A stretch of DNA of 64,000 bases from Eledone cirrhosa (taxonomy: Eukaryota), in contig OZ024740.1 in NCBI GenBank assembly GCA_964016885.1, forward strand, positions 38,750,001-38,814,000. The letters are read 5' to 3'. The position numbers and the translations under genes were made by a program. Each line of letters begins with the position of its first letter. The first letter of the stretch is position 1. This document shows, piece after piece, positions 16,952 through 32,002 of the stretch. The notes under the pieces were generated by a model, which saw only the letters and a list, made by a program, of their open reading frames with translations, was not told the origin of the DNA and made no database searches.

Positions 16952-17866
16952 CCTTGTCTGGCTTTCTGGAGAATAGAGGAAAGGTGTTTCCTCAAAAACC
17001 AGTATGACTCTAAAAACCGGTTTGTCTGTGTGTTTACATACAGAATAGCTGGCCACTCACAGTAAAGTGACCAGTGAAAAAACTTGGTACATCTACATAT
17101 GTATACGTGTGTGTATTCATATACATACTAGTATTTCAGTATACATATATGGATGTACATCTTTAACTTAATTGTTTAAGCGTCAGTCATACAAAAGTGA
17201 GTTACAAACGAAACAAAATTTAATTTCGTTTCGTTATTTGTTTTTATCGTCTCCGCTGAACCGGTACTTACTCACACTCTATGCAAATTAGTCTGCCCAC
17301 TACTAATTTTCATAGAAAAAGCATATAACGCTATGTGCTTTTACGATTCTCTAGAGAGGCCGGAAGATAGGTAAATATTGCTGATGAGTTGTAACAACAA
17401 CGAAACTAGTTCAATATTCCTTGTCTGGCTTTCTGGAGAATAGAGGAAAGGTGTTTCCTCAAAAACCAGTATGACTCTAAAAACCGGTTTGTCTGTGTGT
17501 TTACATACAGAATAGCTGGCCACTCACAGTAAAGTGACCAGTGAAAAAACTTGGTACATCTACATATGTATACGTGTGTGTATTCATATACATACTAGTA
17601 TTTCAGTATACATATATGGATGTACATCTTTAACTTAATTATATATATATATATAACTATATATATTTAACTGTATATATATATAAATATATATCTATAT
17701 AAATATATATCTATATAACTATATATCTATATAACTATATATATATATATAAATATATATCTATATAACTATATATCTATATAACTATATATCTATATAA
17801 CTATATATCTATATAAATATATATATATATAAATATATATATATATAAATATATATATATATAAAT

Positions 17867-18025
17867 ATATTGTTATACTTTGGGAGGGTCATGTTGCCAA
17901 TAAGAAACACATGCACCAGGTGCTTGTGTTTCTTATTGGCAACATGACCCTCCCAAAGTATAACAATATCGGTTTCAACACACGATTTCAGATAAAGAAT
18001 CTTGCTAAACAAATTCAGAAACGAA
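17867..18025 (+). mobile_element. Miniature fold-back PLE terminus (51-bp arms, 1-nt loop at 17918, ~56-nt tail)
   Basis: Right arm and tail homologous to the PLE end at 48539-48612 (atgaccctccc...taacaatat...acacacgatttca). Confidence 0.78.
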
Positions 18026-18079
18026 ATATATAAATATATATATATATAAATATATATATATATAAATATATATAAATAT

Positions 18080-18110
<31 letters not shown>

Positions 18111-19167
18111 AATATATATATATATAAATATATATATATATAAATATATATATATATAAATATATATATATATAAATATATATATATATAAATATATATA
18201 TATATAACTATATATATATATAAATATATATATATATAAATATATATATATATAACTATATATATATATAAATATATATATATATAAATATATATATATA
18301 TAACTATATATATATATATAAATATATATATATATAACTATACATCTATATAACTATACATCTATATAACTATATATATATATAACTATATATATATATA
18401 ACTATATATATATATAACTATATATATATATAACTATATATATATATAACTATATATATATATAACTATATATATATATAACTATATATATATATAACTA
18501 TATATATATATAACTATATATATATATAACTATATATATATATAACTATATATATATAACTATATATATATATATAACTGTATATATATAACTATATATA
18601 TATATATAACTATATATATATAACTATATATATATATAACTATATATATATATAACTATATATATATATAACTATATATATATATAACTATATATATATA
18701 ACTATATATATATAACTATATATATATATAACTATATATATATATAACTATATATATATATAACTATATAAATAACTATATATATATAACTATATATATA
18801 TATAACTATATATATATATAACTATATATATATATATAACTATATAACTATATATATATATAACTATATATATATAACTATATATATATATAACTATATA
18901 TATATATAACTATATATATATATAACTATATATATATATAACTATATATATATATAACTATATATATATATAACTATATATATATATAACTATATATATA
19001 TGACTATATATATAGAGATATAAATATATATATATATAAATATATATATATATAAATATATATATATATAAATATATATATATATAAATATATATATATA
19101 TAAATATATATATATATAAATATATATATATATAAATATATATATATATAAATATATATATATATAA

Positions 19168-19224
<57 letters not shown>

Positions 19225-19432
19225 TATATATATATAAATATATATAAATATATATATATAAAATATATATATATATAAATATATATATATATAAATATAT
19301 ATATATATAAATATATAAATATATATATATATAAATATATATCTATATAACTATATATCTATATAACCATATATCTATATAACTATATATCTATATAAAT
19401 ATATATATATATAAATATATATATATATAAAT
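18026..19432. repeat. (TA)n tract dominated by a ~12-bp (TATATATATAAC) unit
   Basis: Direct reading. Confidence 0.95.
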
Positions 19433-19591
19433 ATATTGTTATACTTTGGGAGGGTCATGTTGCCAATAAGAAACACACGCACCAGGTGCGTGTGTTTCTT
19501 ATTGGCAACATGACCCTCCCAAAGTATAACAATATCGGTTTCAACACACGATTTCAGATAAAGAATCTTGCTAAACAAATTCAGAAACGAA
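19433..19591 (+). mobile_element. Second copy of the miniature fold-back PLE terminus
   Basis: Near-identical to 17867-18025; palindrome centred at 19484. Confidence 0.78.
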
Positions 19592-20330
19592 ATATATAAA
19601 TATATATATATATAAATATATATATATATAAATATATATATATATAACTATACATCTATATAACTATATATCTATAAATGTATATATATATAACTATATA
19701 TATATATATAACTATATATATATATAACTATATATATATAACTATATATATATATATAACTATATATATATAACTATATATATATATATAACTATATATA
19801 TATAACTATATATATATATATAACTATATATATATATAACTATATATATATATAACTATATATATATATAACTATATATATATATAACTATATATATATA
19901 TAACTATATATATATATAACTATATATATATATAACTATATATATATAACTATATATATATATATAACTATATATATATATAACTATATATATATATATA
20001 ACTATATATATATATATAACTATATATATATATAACTATATATATATATAACTATATATATATATAACTATATATATATATAACTATATATATATATAAC
20101 TATATATATATATAACTATATATATATATAACTATATATATATATAACTATATATATATATAACTATATATATATATAACTATATATATATATAACTATA
20201 TATATATATAACTATATATATATATAACTATATATATATATAACTATATATATATATAACTATATATATATATAACTATATATATATGACTATATATATA
20301 GAGATATAAATATATATATATATAAATATA
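19592..20330. repeat. (TATATATATAAC)n tract
   Basis: Direct reading. Confidence 0.95.
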
Positions 20331-20413
20331 CGTTATTCCGGGTTGAATCGGAGGTAACCACAGTAAGTAAGGTACTCAATACATAGCAGAGTATAATAGT
20401 TTTAATATAGATG

Positions 20414-20464
20414 AGATTCTACAGGACTAGAACTGTTTCATTCATTAGAAATCATCAGGAATCT
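20414..20464 (-). ncRNA. Type I hammerhead in the left pLTR arm
   Basis: Reverse complement of 28650-28700. Confidence 0.82.
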
Positions 20465-20989
20465 GGGTATCAAAAAATAAATATGGTATTTATAGGTCTC
20501 TACAAGTGGTAGGAGAGGGTGGGGAGTGGGATGGGTGCAGGTCATTGGTTGATAGAGAAGGGAATTCATTAAAGGCTAATTCTACATAGCTATAGTTAAT
20601 TTATATTTATTTATGTTTTTAGAGTAACAAAGGCAGACAGAAATCTATAAACAAGTTCCGGATGGCATACCATTCCTTGTCAATAAGTTTCTCTTAAGCT
20701 AGCAGATGTCTATAAAATCAGTAGGGGGTCATTCATGCTCGATAGAATTAAAGAAAAGGGGGATTCTTTAAAAGCTAAAGTCATTAAGTTCTGCTAAGTG
20801 ACAAAGGTCTAGGGAATTCTGCAGACAGATTCAAAATACTGAGTGCATATCTTACTATTATCTTCGAACTTCTCCTAAACTAATCAACAATATGCCAAAT
20901 CAACAGACACATTCACAAAAAAACAAAAAAACCCCAAAAAAACCCCAAAAAACAGAAAAACAAAAAAAACCACACCTAAAAAAAACCAA

Positions 20990-21191
20990 AAAAACACACA
21001 TACTCACTCACACACTTACGCGCAACCATAAACACACACATAAACACAAATACACACATAAAAACACACACACATATATAAAAAAAGTATATAAATATAT
21101 ACAAATATATATTCATGTACACGCACATACATACACACATACATACATACATACATATATAAAATACATATACACATATACATACGCACAC

Positions 21192-21289
<98 letters not shown>

Positions 21290-21456
21290 CACACACATAT
21301 ACATATATATACATATACATATATATACACACACACATACATATACACACATACACATACATATATATATATATACACACATACACACACACACACATAC
21401 ATACATATATATATACATATACATATATACACACATACATATATATACACAAATAT

Positions 21457-21493
<37 letters not shown>

Positions 21494-21674
21494 CATACAT
21501 ATATATATATACATATACATATATATATATATATATACACACACACACGGATACACACACACATACACATACATACACACATACACACAAATATATATAC
21601 ACAAGTAAATACACTCACACGCATACATACAAACACGAGTATACATATGTATAAATATCTATACACACACACAT

Positions 21675-21731
<57 letters not shown>

Positions 21732-21844
21732 CATATACACACATACATACACACACACATACACATATATACACATACACACACATATATACATATATAT
21801 ACATATATATACATACAAATATACATATATATACATACACATAT

Positions 21845-21877
<33 letters not shown>

Positions 21878-22137
21878 CACAAATACATACATACACACAC
21901 ACACACATACATACATATATATATATATCTCTCTAAATACACACATACAAATACATATATATATATATATACATATATATACACATGCATATATATATAT
22001 ATATATATACACATATATATATATATATACACATATCCATACATACACAAACATACACATGCATACACAGACCTATACATAAATATACACATATATATAC
22101 AGAGATATAACGCACAAATACACACACATATATACAT

Positions 22138-22197
<60 letters not shown>

Positions 22198-22230
22198 GCA
22201 TACACACACACATACACACACACATATATG

Positions 22231-22265
<35 letters not shown>

Positions 22266-22334
22266 GCGTGCATACACACATACACACACCCACACACAAA
22301 ATATATATACACACACACATTCTCTCTCTCATGC

Positions 22335-22425
<91 letters not shown>

Positions 22426-22506
22426 CACACACATATACACATACATATATGTATGTACATATACACAGACACATACAAATACATACATACACACACATAC
22501 ACATAC

Positions 22507-22549
<43 letters not shown>

Positions 22550-22710
22550 TATACATATATATATATATATACGCGCATGCATATACACATACATATACAT
22601 ATACATACACATACGTACATACACACACACACATATATGTACATATACACTCACAAATACACACACAAACACACAGATATACAAATACATACACACAAAC
22701 ACATACATAT

Positions 22711-22755
<45 letters not shown>

Positions 22756-22792
22756 CGCACACATATACACACATACACACGCACACGCACAC

Positions 22793-22833
<41 letters not shown>

Positions 22834-22848
22834 CATACACATACATAT

Positions 22849-22888
<40 letters not shown>

Positions 22889-23084
22889 ATATATACACAC
22901 ATACACACACATATATATACACATATACACATACACATACACATACATATACATATATACACATATATACACAGACAAATATATACACACATACACATAT
23001 ACAAACATACATATACATACACATACATACACACACACATATACATACACATACAAATACATACATATACATATATATATATAT

Positions 23085-23121
<37 letters not shown>

Positions 23122-23480
23122 CACACACATACAAATACATACATACACACACATACATACATACATTTACATACATACACACACATACATACATACATAC
23201 ATACATAAATACAGACACATACAGACATATACCTGCATAAATATACACACATAAAACACGTATTCACACAAACATATATATATATATATACACATACATA
23301 CATACACACACACATATACATATATATATATATATATACATATAAATATATATACATATATATATATATACACATACACATACATATATATATACACACA
23401 CAACACATACACATATACACATATACAGACAAATATATACACATACAAGTAAATAGGTACTCAATAAATATACGCATATA
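20990..23480. repeat. Compound (CA)/(TA)/(CATA) microsatellite carried in the PLE 3' UTR (mirror at ~25620-28120)
   Basis: Direct reading. Confidence 0.95.
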
Positions 23481-23625
23481 CACAGGCACATAAAGACACC
23501 TCTACAGGGAGAAAAAGTAGATACAAAAGAGGTACTCACATGACCATAGTGGCCGTATTTCAGGTTGAGGAGGGGTGGGGGTAGGGTGGGGAGGAGGTAT
23601 AGGGGCCAATAGGGGGAGGTCGTTT

Positions 23626-24098
23626 TTAGCCATCGGGCTTTAACACTGGCTTAAAGTGTTTGAATGTTGCAAAGTTCTTGTGCATGCAGTTCGGGCAGTG
23701 TTCAGAGAGTTTGTTCAGTAGCGGGCCCTTGGCGAACAAAATTTCGTAACTCTCTGAGATACAAAGGTCGCAGCCCTTGTGTCCTCCGTCGTAAGAGCGC
23801 GCTTTCTGGAGTATTTTCCAATTAAGCGTGAAGGGGGTGGAGTTCCTTTTGAGGTCCCAAACGTAGGAGGCGAGTGTTGTTTGGTTTGATTTATCCGGTC
23901 TTCTGAAGGAGTGGGTATGGGCATACCAGCGGGTCTTAAAGGTGTTGGATGTCATGCCGATGTAAGTTTTTTTGCAATCCTCGGTGCCCAAGCTATTCCT
24001 CCTCTGCAATTTTGCGGTGGTTTCTAGGTAAGTTATCTTATCTTTAAATCCGCTACGGGCTAGGGCGTCATTGTAGTAGGAGGCAGATGCATTAAAAA
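23626..24098 (-). pseudogene. Inverted, internally deleted copy of the PLE thumb/GIY-YIG region
   Basis: QRRNS|LGTEDCKKTYIG joins the reverse complements of ~24676-24782 and ~25111-25476. Confidence 0.85.
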
Positions 24099-25476
24099 AA
24101 CTACTATGCCTCTATCTCGGAGCCCCTCCTGAAGGACGCAATTAACTTTGCCAGGAATTTTACCACCATTACCGATGCCGAGCAAGTTATTATCCTCCAC
24201 GCTCGTAAGACCTTTCTATACCACGATGGATCTTACTGGATCAACAAGAAATCTCAGACCCCATTTGACGTTAGCATGGGGGCGAGTGACTCGGCTGAAA
24301 TTAGCGACCTAGTGGGCCTGTACATCCTACATAACCTGAAGAACCTCTTTACCGGCCTTACTGGAGGTTTATACCGAGACGACGGCCTCTTCGCCCTGCA
24401 TAAGGTTAGCCCCAGAACCACCGATGGGTTTCGGAAAAACTTAAGCTCTTTCTTCTCTAATCTAGGATTTAGTATTACTATAGATTCTAATTTGACTAGG
24501 GCCAACTTCTTAGATGTCACTCTCGACCTAGATACTTCCCTCTATTACCCGTACCACAAACCTAACGAGTCCCTTAAATATATTAATGTTAATTCAAACC
24601 ACCCCCAAAACATTACTGATAACCTAGTAAAAAGCGTCTCTATTAGAATATCTGGCCTCTCCGCCAACAAAGATATTTTTAATGCATCTGCCTCCTACTA
24701 CAATGACGCCCTAGCCCGTAGCGGATTTAAAGATAAGATAACTTACCTAGAAACCACCGCAAAATTGCAGAGGAGGAATAGACATAGGCAGATTAGCTGG
24801 TACAACCCTCCCTTCAATAGAGAGGTATCTACTCCGATAGCTAGGATTTTCTTCACTTTACTGAAATTACACTTCCCCATACAACATAGGTACTACACCA
24901 TCTTTAATAAGAACACTATAAGACTGTCTTACTCCACCACACCTAACCTAGCTAGGAATATAGCCAACCACAACTCTAAACTAAATAAGCCAACCACCTC
25001 CGAAACCAATCCCCGGACTGGGGCTCTATGTAATTGCCTAAATAAGGAAACATGCCCACTAGAAAACAAATGCCTCACAAACGACATCGTATACAAATGC
25101 GATGTCATCTCGGGCACCGAGGATTGCAAAAAAACTTACATCGGCATGACATCCAACACCTTTAAGACCCGCTGGTATGCCCATACCCACTCCTTCAGAA
25201 GACCGGATAAATCAAACCAAACAACACTCGCCTCCTACGTTTGGGACCTCAAAAGGAACTCCACCCCCCTTCACGCTTAATTGGAAAATACTCCAGAAAG
25301 CGCGCTCTTACGACGGAGGACACAAGGGCTGCGACCTTTGTATCTCAGAGAGTTACGAAATTTTGTTCGCCAAGGGCCCGCTACTGAACAAACTCTCTGA
25401 ACACTGCCCGAACTGCATGCACAAGAACTTTGCAACATTCAAACACTTTAAGCCAGTGTTAAAGCCCGATGGCTAA
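24099..25476 (+). pseudogene. PLE RT (YRDD type) + Cys linker + GIY-YIG; 5'-truncated, frameshift at the C-run ~25265
   Basis: MGASDSAEISDLVG, LYRDDG, NFLDVT, WYNPPF, CNC..CPL..CL, IVYKC...YIGMT. Confidence 0.9.
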
Positions 25477-25972
25477 AAACGACCTCCCCCTATTGGCCCC
25501 TATACCTCCTCCCCACCCTACCCCCACCCCTCCTCAACCTGAAATACGGCCACTATGGTCATGTGAGTACCTCTTTTGTATCTACTTTTTCTCCCTGTAG
25601 AGGTGTCTTTATGTGCCTGTGTATATGCGTATATTTATTGAGTACCTATTTACTTGTATGTGTATATATTTGTCTGTATATGTGTATATGTGTATGTGTT
25701 GTGTGTGTATATATATATGTATGTGTATGTGTATATATATATATATGTATATATATTTATATGTATATATATATATATATATGTATATGTGTGTGTGTAT
25801 GTATGTATGTGTATATATATATATATATGTTTGTGTGAATACGTGTTTTATGTGTGTATATTTATGCAGGTATATGTCTGTATGTGTCTGTATTTATGTA
25901 TGTATGTATGTATGTATGTGTGTGTATGTATGTATATGTATGTATGTATGTGTGTGTATGTATGTATTTGTA

Positions 25973-26017
<45 letters not shown>

Positions 26018-26213
26018 ATATATATATATATGTATATGTATGTATTTGTATGTGTATGTATATGTGTGTGTGTATGTATGTGTATGTATATGTATGTTTG
26101 TATATGTGTATGTGTGTATATATTTGTCTGTGTATATATGTGTATATATGTATATGTATGTGTATGTGTATGTGTATATGTGTATATATATGTGTGTGTA
26201 TATATGTATATAT

Positions 26214-26257
<44 letters not shown>

Positions 26258-26272
26258 ATATGTATGTGTATG

Positions 26273-26313
<41 letters not shown>

Positions 26314-26350
26314 GTGTGCGTGTGCGTGTGTATGTGTGTATATGTGTGCG

Positions 26351-26401
<51 letters not shown>

Positions 26402-26562
26402 ATATGTATGTGTTTGTGTGTATGTATTTGTATATCTGTGTGTTTGTGTGTGTATTTGTGAGTGTATATGTACATATATGTGTGTGTGTGTATGTACGTA
26501 TGTGTATGTATATGTATATGTATGTGTATATGCATGCGCGTATATATATATATATATGTATA

Positions 26563-26605
<43 letters not shown>

Positions 26606-26686
26606 GTATGTGTATGTGTGTGTATGTATGTATTTGTATGTGTCTGTGTATATGTACATACATATATGTATATGTATATATGTGTG

Positions 26687-26775
<89 letters not shown>

Positions 26776-26844
26776 GCATGAGAGAGAGAATGTGTGTGTG
26801 TATATATATTTTGTGTGTGGGTGTGTGTATGTGTGTATGCACGC

Positions 26845-26879
<35 letters not shown>

Positions 26880-26912
26880 CATATATGTGTGTGTGTATGT
26901 GTGTGTGTATGC

Positions 26913-26974
<62 letters not shown>

Positions 26975-27234
26975 ATGTATATATGTGTGTGTATTTGTGC
27001 GTTATATCTCTGTATATATATGTGTATATTTATGTATAGGTCTGTGTATGCATGTGTATGTTTGTGTATGTATGGATATGTGTATATATATATATATATG
27101 TGTATATATATATATATATATATGCATGTGTATATATATGTATATATATATATATATGTATTTGTATGTGTGTATTTAGAGAGATATATATATATATGTA
27201 TGTATGTGTGTGTGTGTGTATGTATGTATTTGTG

Positions 27235-27267
<33 letters not shown>

Positions 27268-27380
27268 ATATGTGTATGTATATATATGTATATTTGTATG
27301 TATATATATGTATATATATGTATATATGTGTGTGTATGTGTATATATGTGTATGTGTGTGTGTATGTATGTGTGTATATG

Positions 27381-27433
<53 letters not shown>

Positions 27434-27559
27434 ATGTGTGTGTGTATAGATATTTATACATATGTATACTCGTGTTTGTATGTATGCGTGTGAGTGTATT
27501 TACTTGTGTATATATATTTGTGTGTATGTGTGTATGTATGTGTATGTGTGTGTGTATCC

Positions 27560-27593
<34 letters not shown>

Positions 27594-27618
27594 GTATATG
27601 TATATATATATATGTATG

Positions 27619-27652
<34 letters not shown>

Positions 27653-27824
27653 TATATTTGTGTATATATATGTATGTGTGTATATATGTATATGTATATA
27701 TATATGTATGTATGTGTGTGTGTGTGTATGTGTGTATATATATATATATGTATGTGTATGTGTGTATATGTATGTGTGTGTGTATATATATATGTATATG
27801 TATATATATGTATATATGTGTGTG

Positions 27825-27922
<98 letters not shown>

Positions 27923-28649
27923 GTGTGCGTATGTATATGTGTATATGTATTTTATATATGTATGTATGTATGTATGTGTGTATGTATGTGCGTGTACATG
28001 AATATATATTTGTATATATTTATATACTTTTTTTATATATGTGTGTGTGTTTTTATGTGTGTATTTGTGTTTATGTGTGTGTTTATGGTTGCGCGTAAGT
28101 GTGTGAGTGAGTATGTGTGTTTTTTTGGTTTTTTTTAGGTGTGGTTTTTTTTGTTTTTCTGTTTTTTTGGGTTTTTTTGGGGTTTTTTTGTTTTTTTGTG
28201 AATGTGTCTGTTGATTTGGCATATTGTTGATTAGTTTAGGAGAAGTTCGAAGATAATAGTAAGATATGCACTCAGTATTTTGAATCTGTCTGCAGAATTC
28301 CCTAGACCTTTGTCACTTAGCAGAACTTAATGACTTTAGCTTTTAAAGAATCCCCCTTTTCTTTAATTCTATCGAGCATGAATGACCCCCTACTGATTTT
28401 ATAGACATCTGCTAGCTTAAGAAAAACTTATTGACAAGGAATGGTATGCCATCCGGAACTTGTTTATAGATTTCTGTCTGCCTTTGTTACTCTAAAAACA
28501 TAAATAAATATAAATTAACTATAGCTATGTAGAATTAGCCTTTAATGAATTCCCTTCTCTATCAACCAATGACCTGCACCCATCCCACTCCCCACCCTCT
28601 CCTACCACTTGTAGAGACCTATAAATACCATATTTATTTTTTGATACCC

Positions 28650-28700
28650 AGATTCCTGATGATTTCTAATGAATGAAACAGTTCTAGTCCTGTAGAATCT
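28650..28700 (+). ncRNA. Type I hammerhead in the 3' pLTR
   Basis: agattc CTGATGA tttc-taat-gaat GAAA cag-ttctagtc-ctg TA gaatct. Confidence 0.85.
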
Positions 28701-28719
28701 CATCTATATTAAAACTATA

Positions 28720-28739
28720 TATAAATATATATATATATA

Positions 28740-28773
<34 letters not shown>

Positions 28774-28792
28774 AATATATATATATATAAAT

Positions 28793-28851
<59 letters not shown>

Positions 28852-28852
28852 A

Positions 28853-28948
<96 letters not shown>

Positions 28949-29304
28949 TTATATATAAATATATATATATATAAATATATATAAATATATATATATATAA
29001 ATATATATAAATATATATATATATATAAATATATATATATATAAATATATATAAATATATATATATATAAATATATATAAATATATATATATATAATATA
29101 TATATATATAAATATATATATATATAAATATATATATATATAAATATATATATATATAAATATATATATATATAAATATATATATATAAATATATATAAA
29201 TATATATATATATAAATATATATAAAATATATATATAAATATATATAAATATATATATATGTATATATATATAAAATATATATATAATATGTATAAATAT
29301 ATAT

Positions 29305-29337
<33 letters not shown>

Positions 29338-29366
29338 AATAAATATATATATATATATATATATAA

Positions 29367-29412
<46 letters not shown>

Positions 29413-30144
29413 CTATATATATATATAGTTATATATATATATATTTATATATATATTTATATATATATATATATATATTTATAACTATATATATATATGG
29501 GGTGGGGTTGGTGGGACGGGGGTGTATTTTGTTAGAGATGACTACTGCCTGTAGTAGGTTTTACTTTGTATTTAGGTAAGGCGGGTCTTCTCTATTACTG
29601 AGTACCGCCAAAGGTCTCGGTCCAGTGACATTGTCTTGGAGAGATGTAAGTGTGTGAGGTCGGAATTTATCAGCTCGTCCCAGGTTTTTCTGGGTCTGCC
29701 TATATATATTTATAACTAAATATATAAATATATATATATAAATATATATATAAATATATATATATAAATATATATATAAATATATATATATAAATATATA
29801 TATATAAATATATATATATAAATATATATATAAATATATATATATAAATATATATATATAAATATATATATAAATATATATATATAAATATAAGATTATA
29901 TATAATTATATATAATATTATATAAATATATATATATATATATAGATATATAATATATAAATATATATATATAATATATATATATAATTATATATATAAA
30001 TATATATATATAAATATATATATAAATATATTATATATAATATAATATATATATAAATATATATATATAAATATATATATATAAATATATATATAAATAT
30101 ATATTATATATAATATATATATATAATATATATATATTATATAC

Positions 30145-30176
<32 letters not shown>

Positions 30177-30191
30177 CATATATATAAATAT

Positions 30192-30222
<31 letters not shown>

Positions 30223-30262
30223 AATATATACTATATATATAAATATATACATATATAATAAA

Positions 30263-30293
<31 letters not shown>

Positions 30294-30304
30294 TATAAAT
30301 ATAT

Positions 30305-30355
<51 letters not shown>

Positions 30356-30472
30356 AATATATATAATATATATATATATATATAAATATATATATAAAAT
30401 ATATTATATATATATATATATATAATATATATATATATATATAAATATATATATATAAATATATATATATAA

Positions 30473-30528
<56 letters not shown>

Positions 30529-30555
30529 AATATAATATATATATATAAATATAAT

Positions 30556-30622
<67 letters not shown>

Positions 30623-30697
30623 AATATATATATTATATATATATATAATATATATATATATAAATATATATATATATAAATATATATATATATAAAT

Positions 30698-30768
<71 letters not shown>

Positions 30769-30805
30769 TATATATATATAAATATAAATATATATATATA
30801 TAAAT

Positions 30806-30840
<35 letters not shown>

Positions 30841-30866
30841 AATATATATAATATAAATATATATAT
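28720..30866. repeat. (TA)n tract interrupted by an RTE fragment
   Basis: Direct reading. Confidence 0.95.
29499..29701 (-). mobile_element. ~200-bp 3' end of the same RTE family
   Basis: Matches ~7200-7408 (tttaggtaaggcgggtcttctc...cagctcgtcccagg). Confidence 0.9.
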
Positions 30867-31333
30867 GTAGGAGGTGAGTTTTATTGTAGTACAATAAAGC
30901 AAGCAGGTATCGGATAAGAAGCACTCTACAGTTTGTAGGACTGGATTATACATAATATATAAGATCAAAAGATGGTTAAAAGAGTTCCATGTATTTTATT
31001 ACGCGCATTTCAAAAACAAATATCATCATGCAATAACATTTGTGTTTTCAACAGATAAAAAGGGAAGGCATGATATGAAGGTTAAAAACACTTGTGGATA
31101 GTGCAGTTTTAAATCAACATATAAAGGTTAAAAACACTTGTGGATAGTGCAGTTTTAAATCAACATATGTTGATTTAAAACTGCACTATCCACAAGTGTT
31201 TTTTAACCTTCATATCATGCCTTCCGTTTTTATCTGATGAAAACACAAATGTTATTGCATGATGATATTTATTTTTGAAATGTGCCTAATAAAATACATG
31301 GAACTCTTTTAACCATCTTTTGATCTTATATAT
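30867..31333. mobile_element. Non-coding fold-back pLTR-like element centred at 31166/31167; ~46-bp tandem duplication in the left arm; ~85-nt tail at left
   Basis: caacat|atgttg centre; arms at ~30953-31166 / 31167-31333; HHR-like motif in each arm. Confidence 0.75.
31228..31294 (+). ncRNA. Degenerate hammerhead (mirror at 30994-31060 on the minus strand has CTGTTGA and stem III tgcgcg)
   Basis: ttttat CTGATGA aaacacaaatgttat...ttt GAAA tgtgcc TA ataaaa. Confidence 0.55.
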
Positions 31334-31396
31334 TATAAATATATATATATATATAAATATATATATATACATAAATATATATAAATATATATATAC

Positions 31397-31439
<43 letters not shown>

Positions 31440-31673
31440 TATATATAAATAAATATATATATAAATAAATATATATATAAATAAATATATATATATATAA
31501 ATATATATATATATAAATAAATATATATATAAATAAATATATATACATATAAATATATATATATATAAATATATATATATATAAATATATATATATATAA
31601 ATATATATATATAAATATATAAATATATAAATATATATATATAAATATATAAATATAAATAAATATATATATA

Positions 31674-31755
<82 letters not shown>

Positions 31756-31770
31756 AATATAAATATATAT

Positions 31771-31801
<31 letters not shown>

Positions 31802-32002
31802 AATATATAAATATATATATAAATACAAATATATATATATGGGAGGAGGTTATAGTTCACTTGAAGCATTGTGTAATGACGCTAGAGACCGAGACACACA
31901 CACCACACATTTCCTCGAAGTACTCAAACTGAACGGATACACGACATCCACCACAAACCGTGCCAGAAAGAACAGAGAACACCACACCCGAGGCACTAAC
32001 AC

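Larger units (their letters stand above)
13931..17640. repeat. 467-bp hammerhead-containing tandem array (candidate retrozyme): 6 direct units, then ~1.9 inverted units
   Basis: Units start at 13931, 14398, 14864, 15331, 15798 and 16265; inversion at ~16735; units differ only by isolated single-base changes. Confidence 0.93.
20331..28719 (+). mobile_element. PLE with ~3.6-kb inverted arms (~20396-23989 / ~25111-28719); ~65-nt tail on the left arm only
   Basis: Mirror ORFs in the track (20892+/28222-, 23539-/25563+); RT-EN core; HHR at both ends. Confidence 0.92.

Noticed and set aside
14122-17523. Repeated 60-aa ORF MASYSVCKHT... as a peptide gene array
   Set aside because: It has a GTG start, is antisense to the ribozyme, is frameshifted in unit 2, has no recognisable motif and is not conserved as protein in the 508-bp unit.
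13931-17640. CRISPR array, or 5S/tRNA/snRNA gene cluster
   Set aside because: Whole units are identical with no variable spacers, there are no cas genes, and I could not recognise 5S, tRNA or U-snRNA sequence in the unit.
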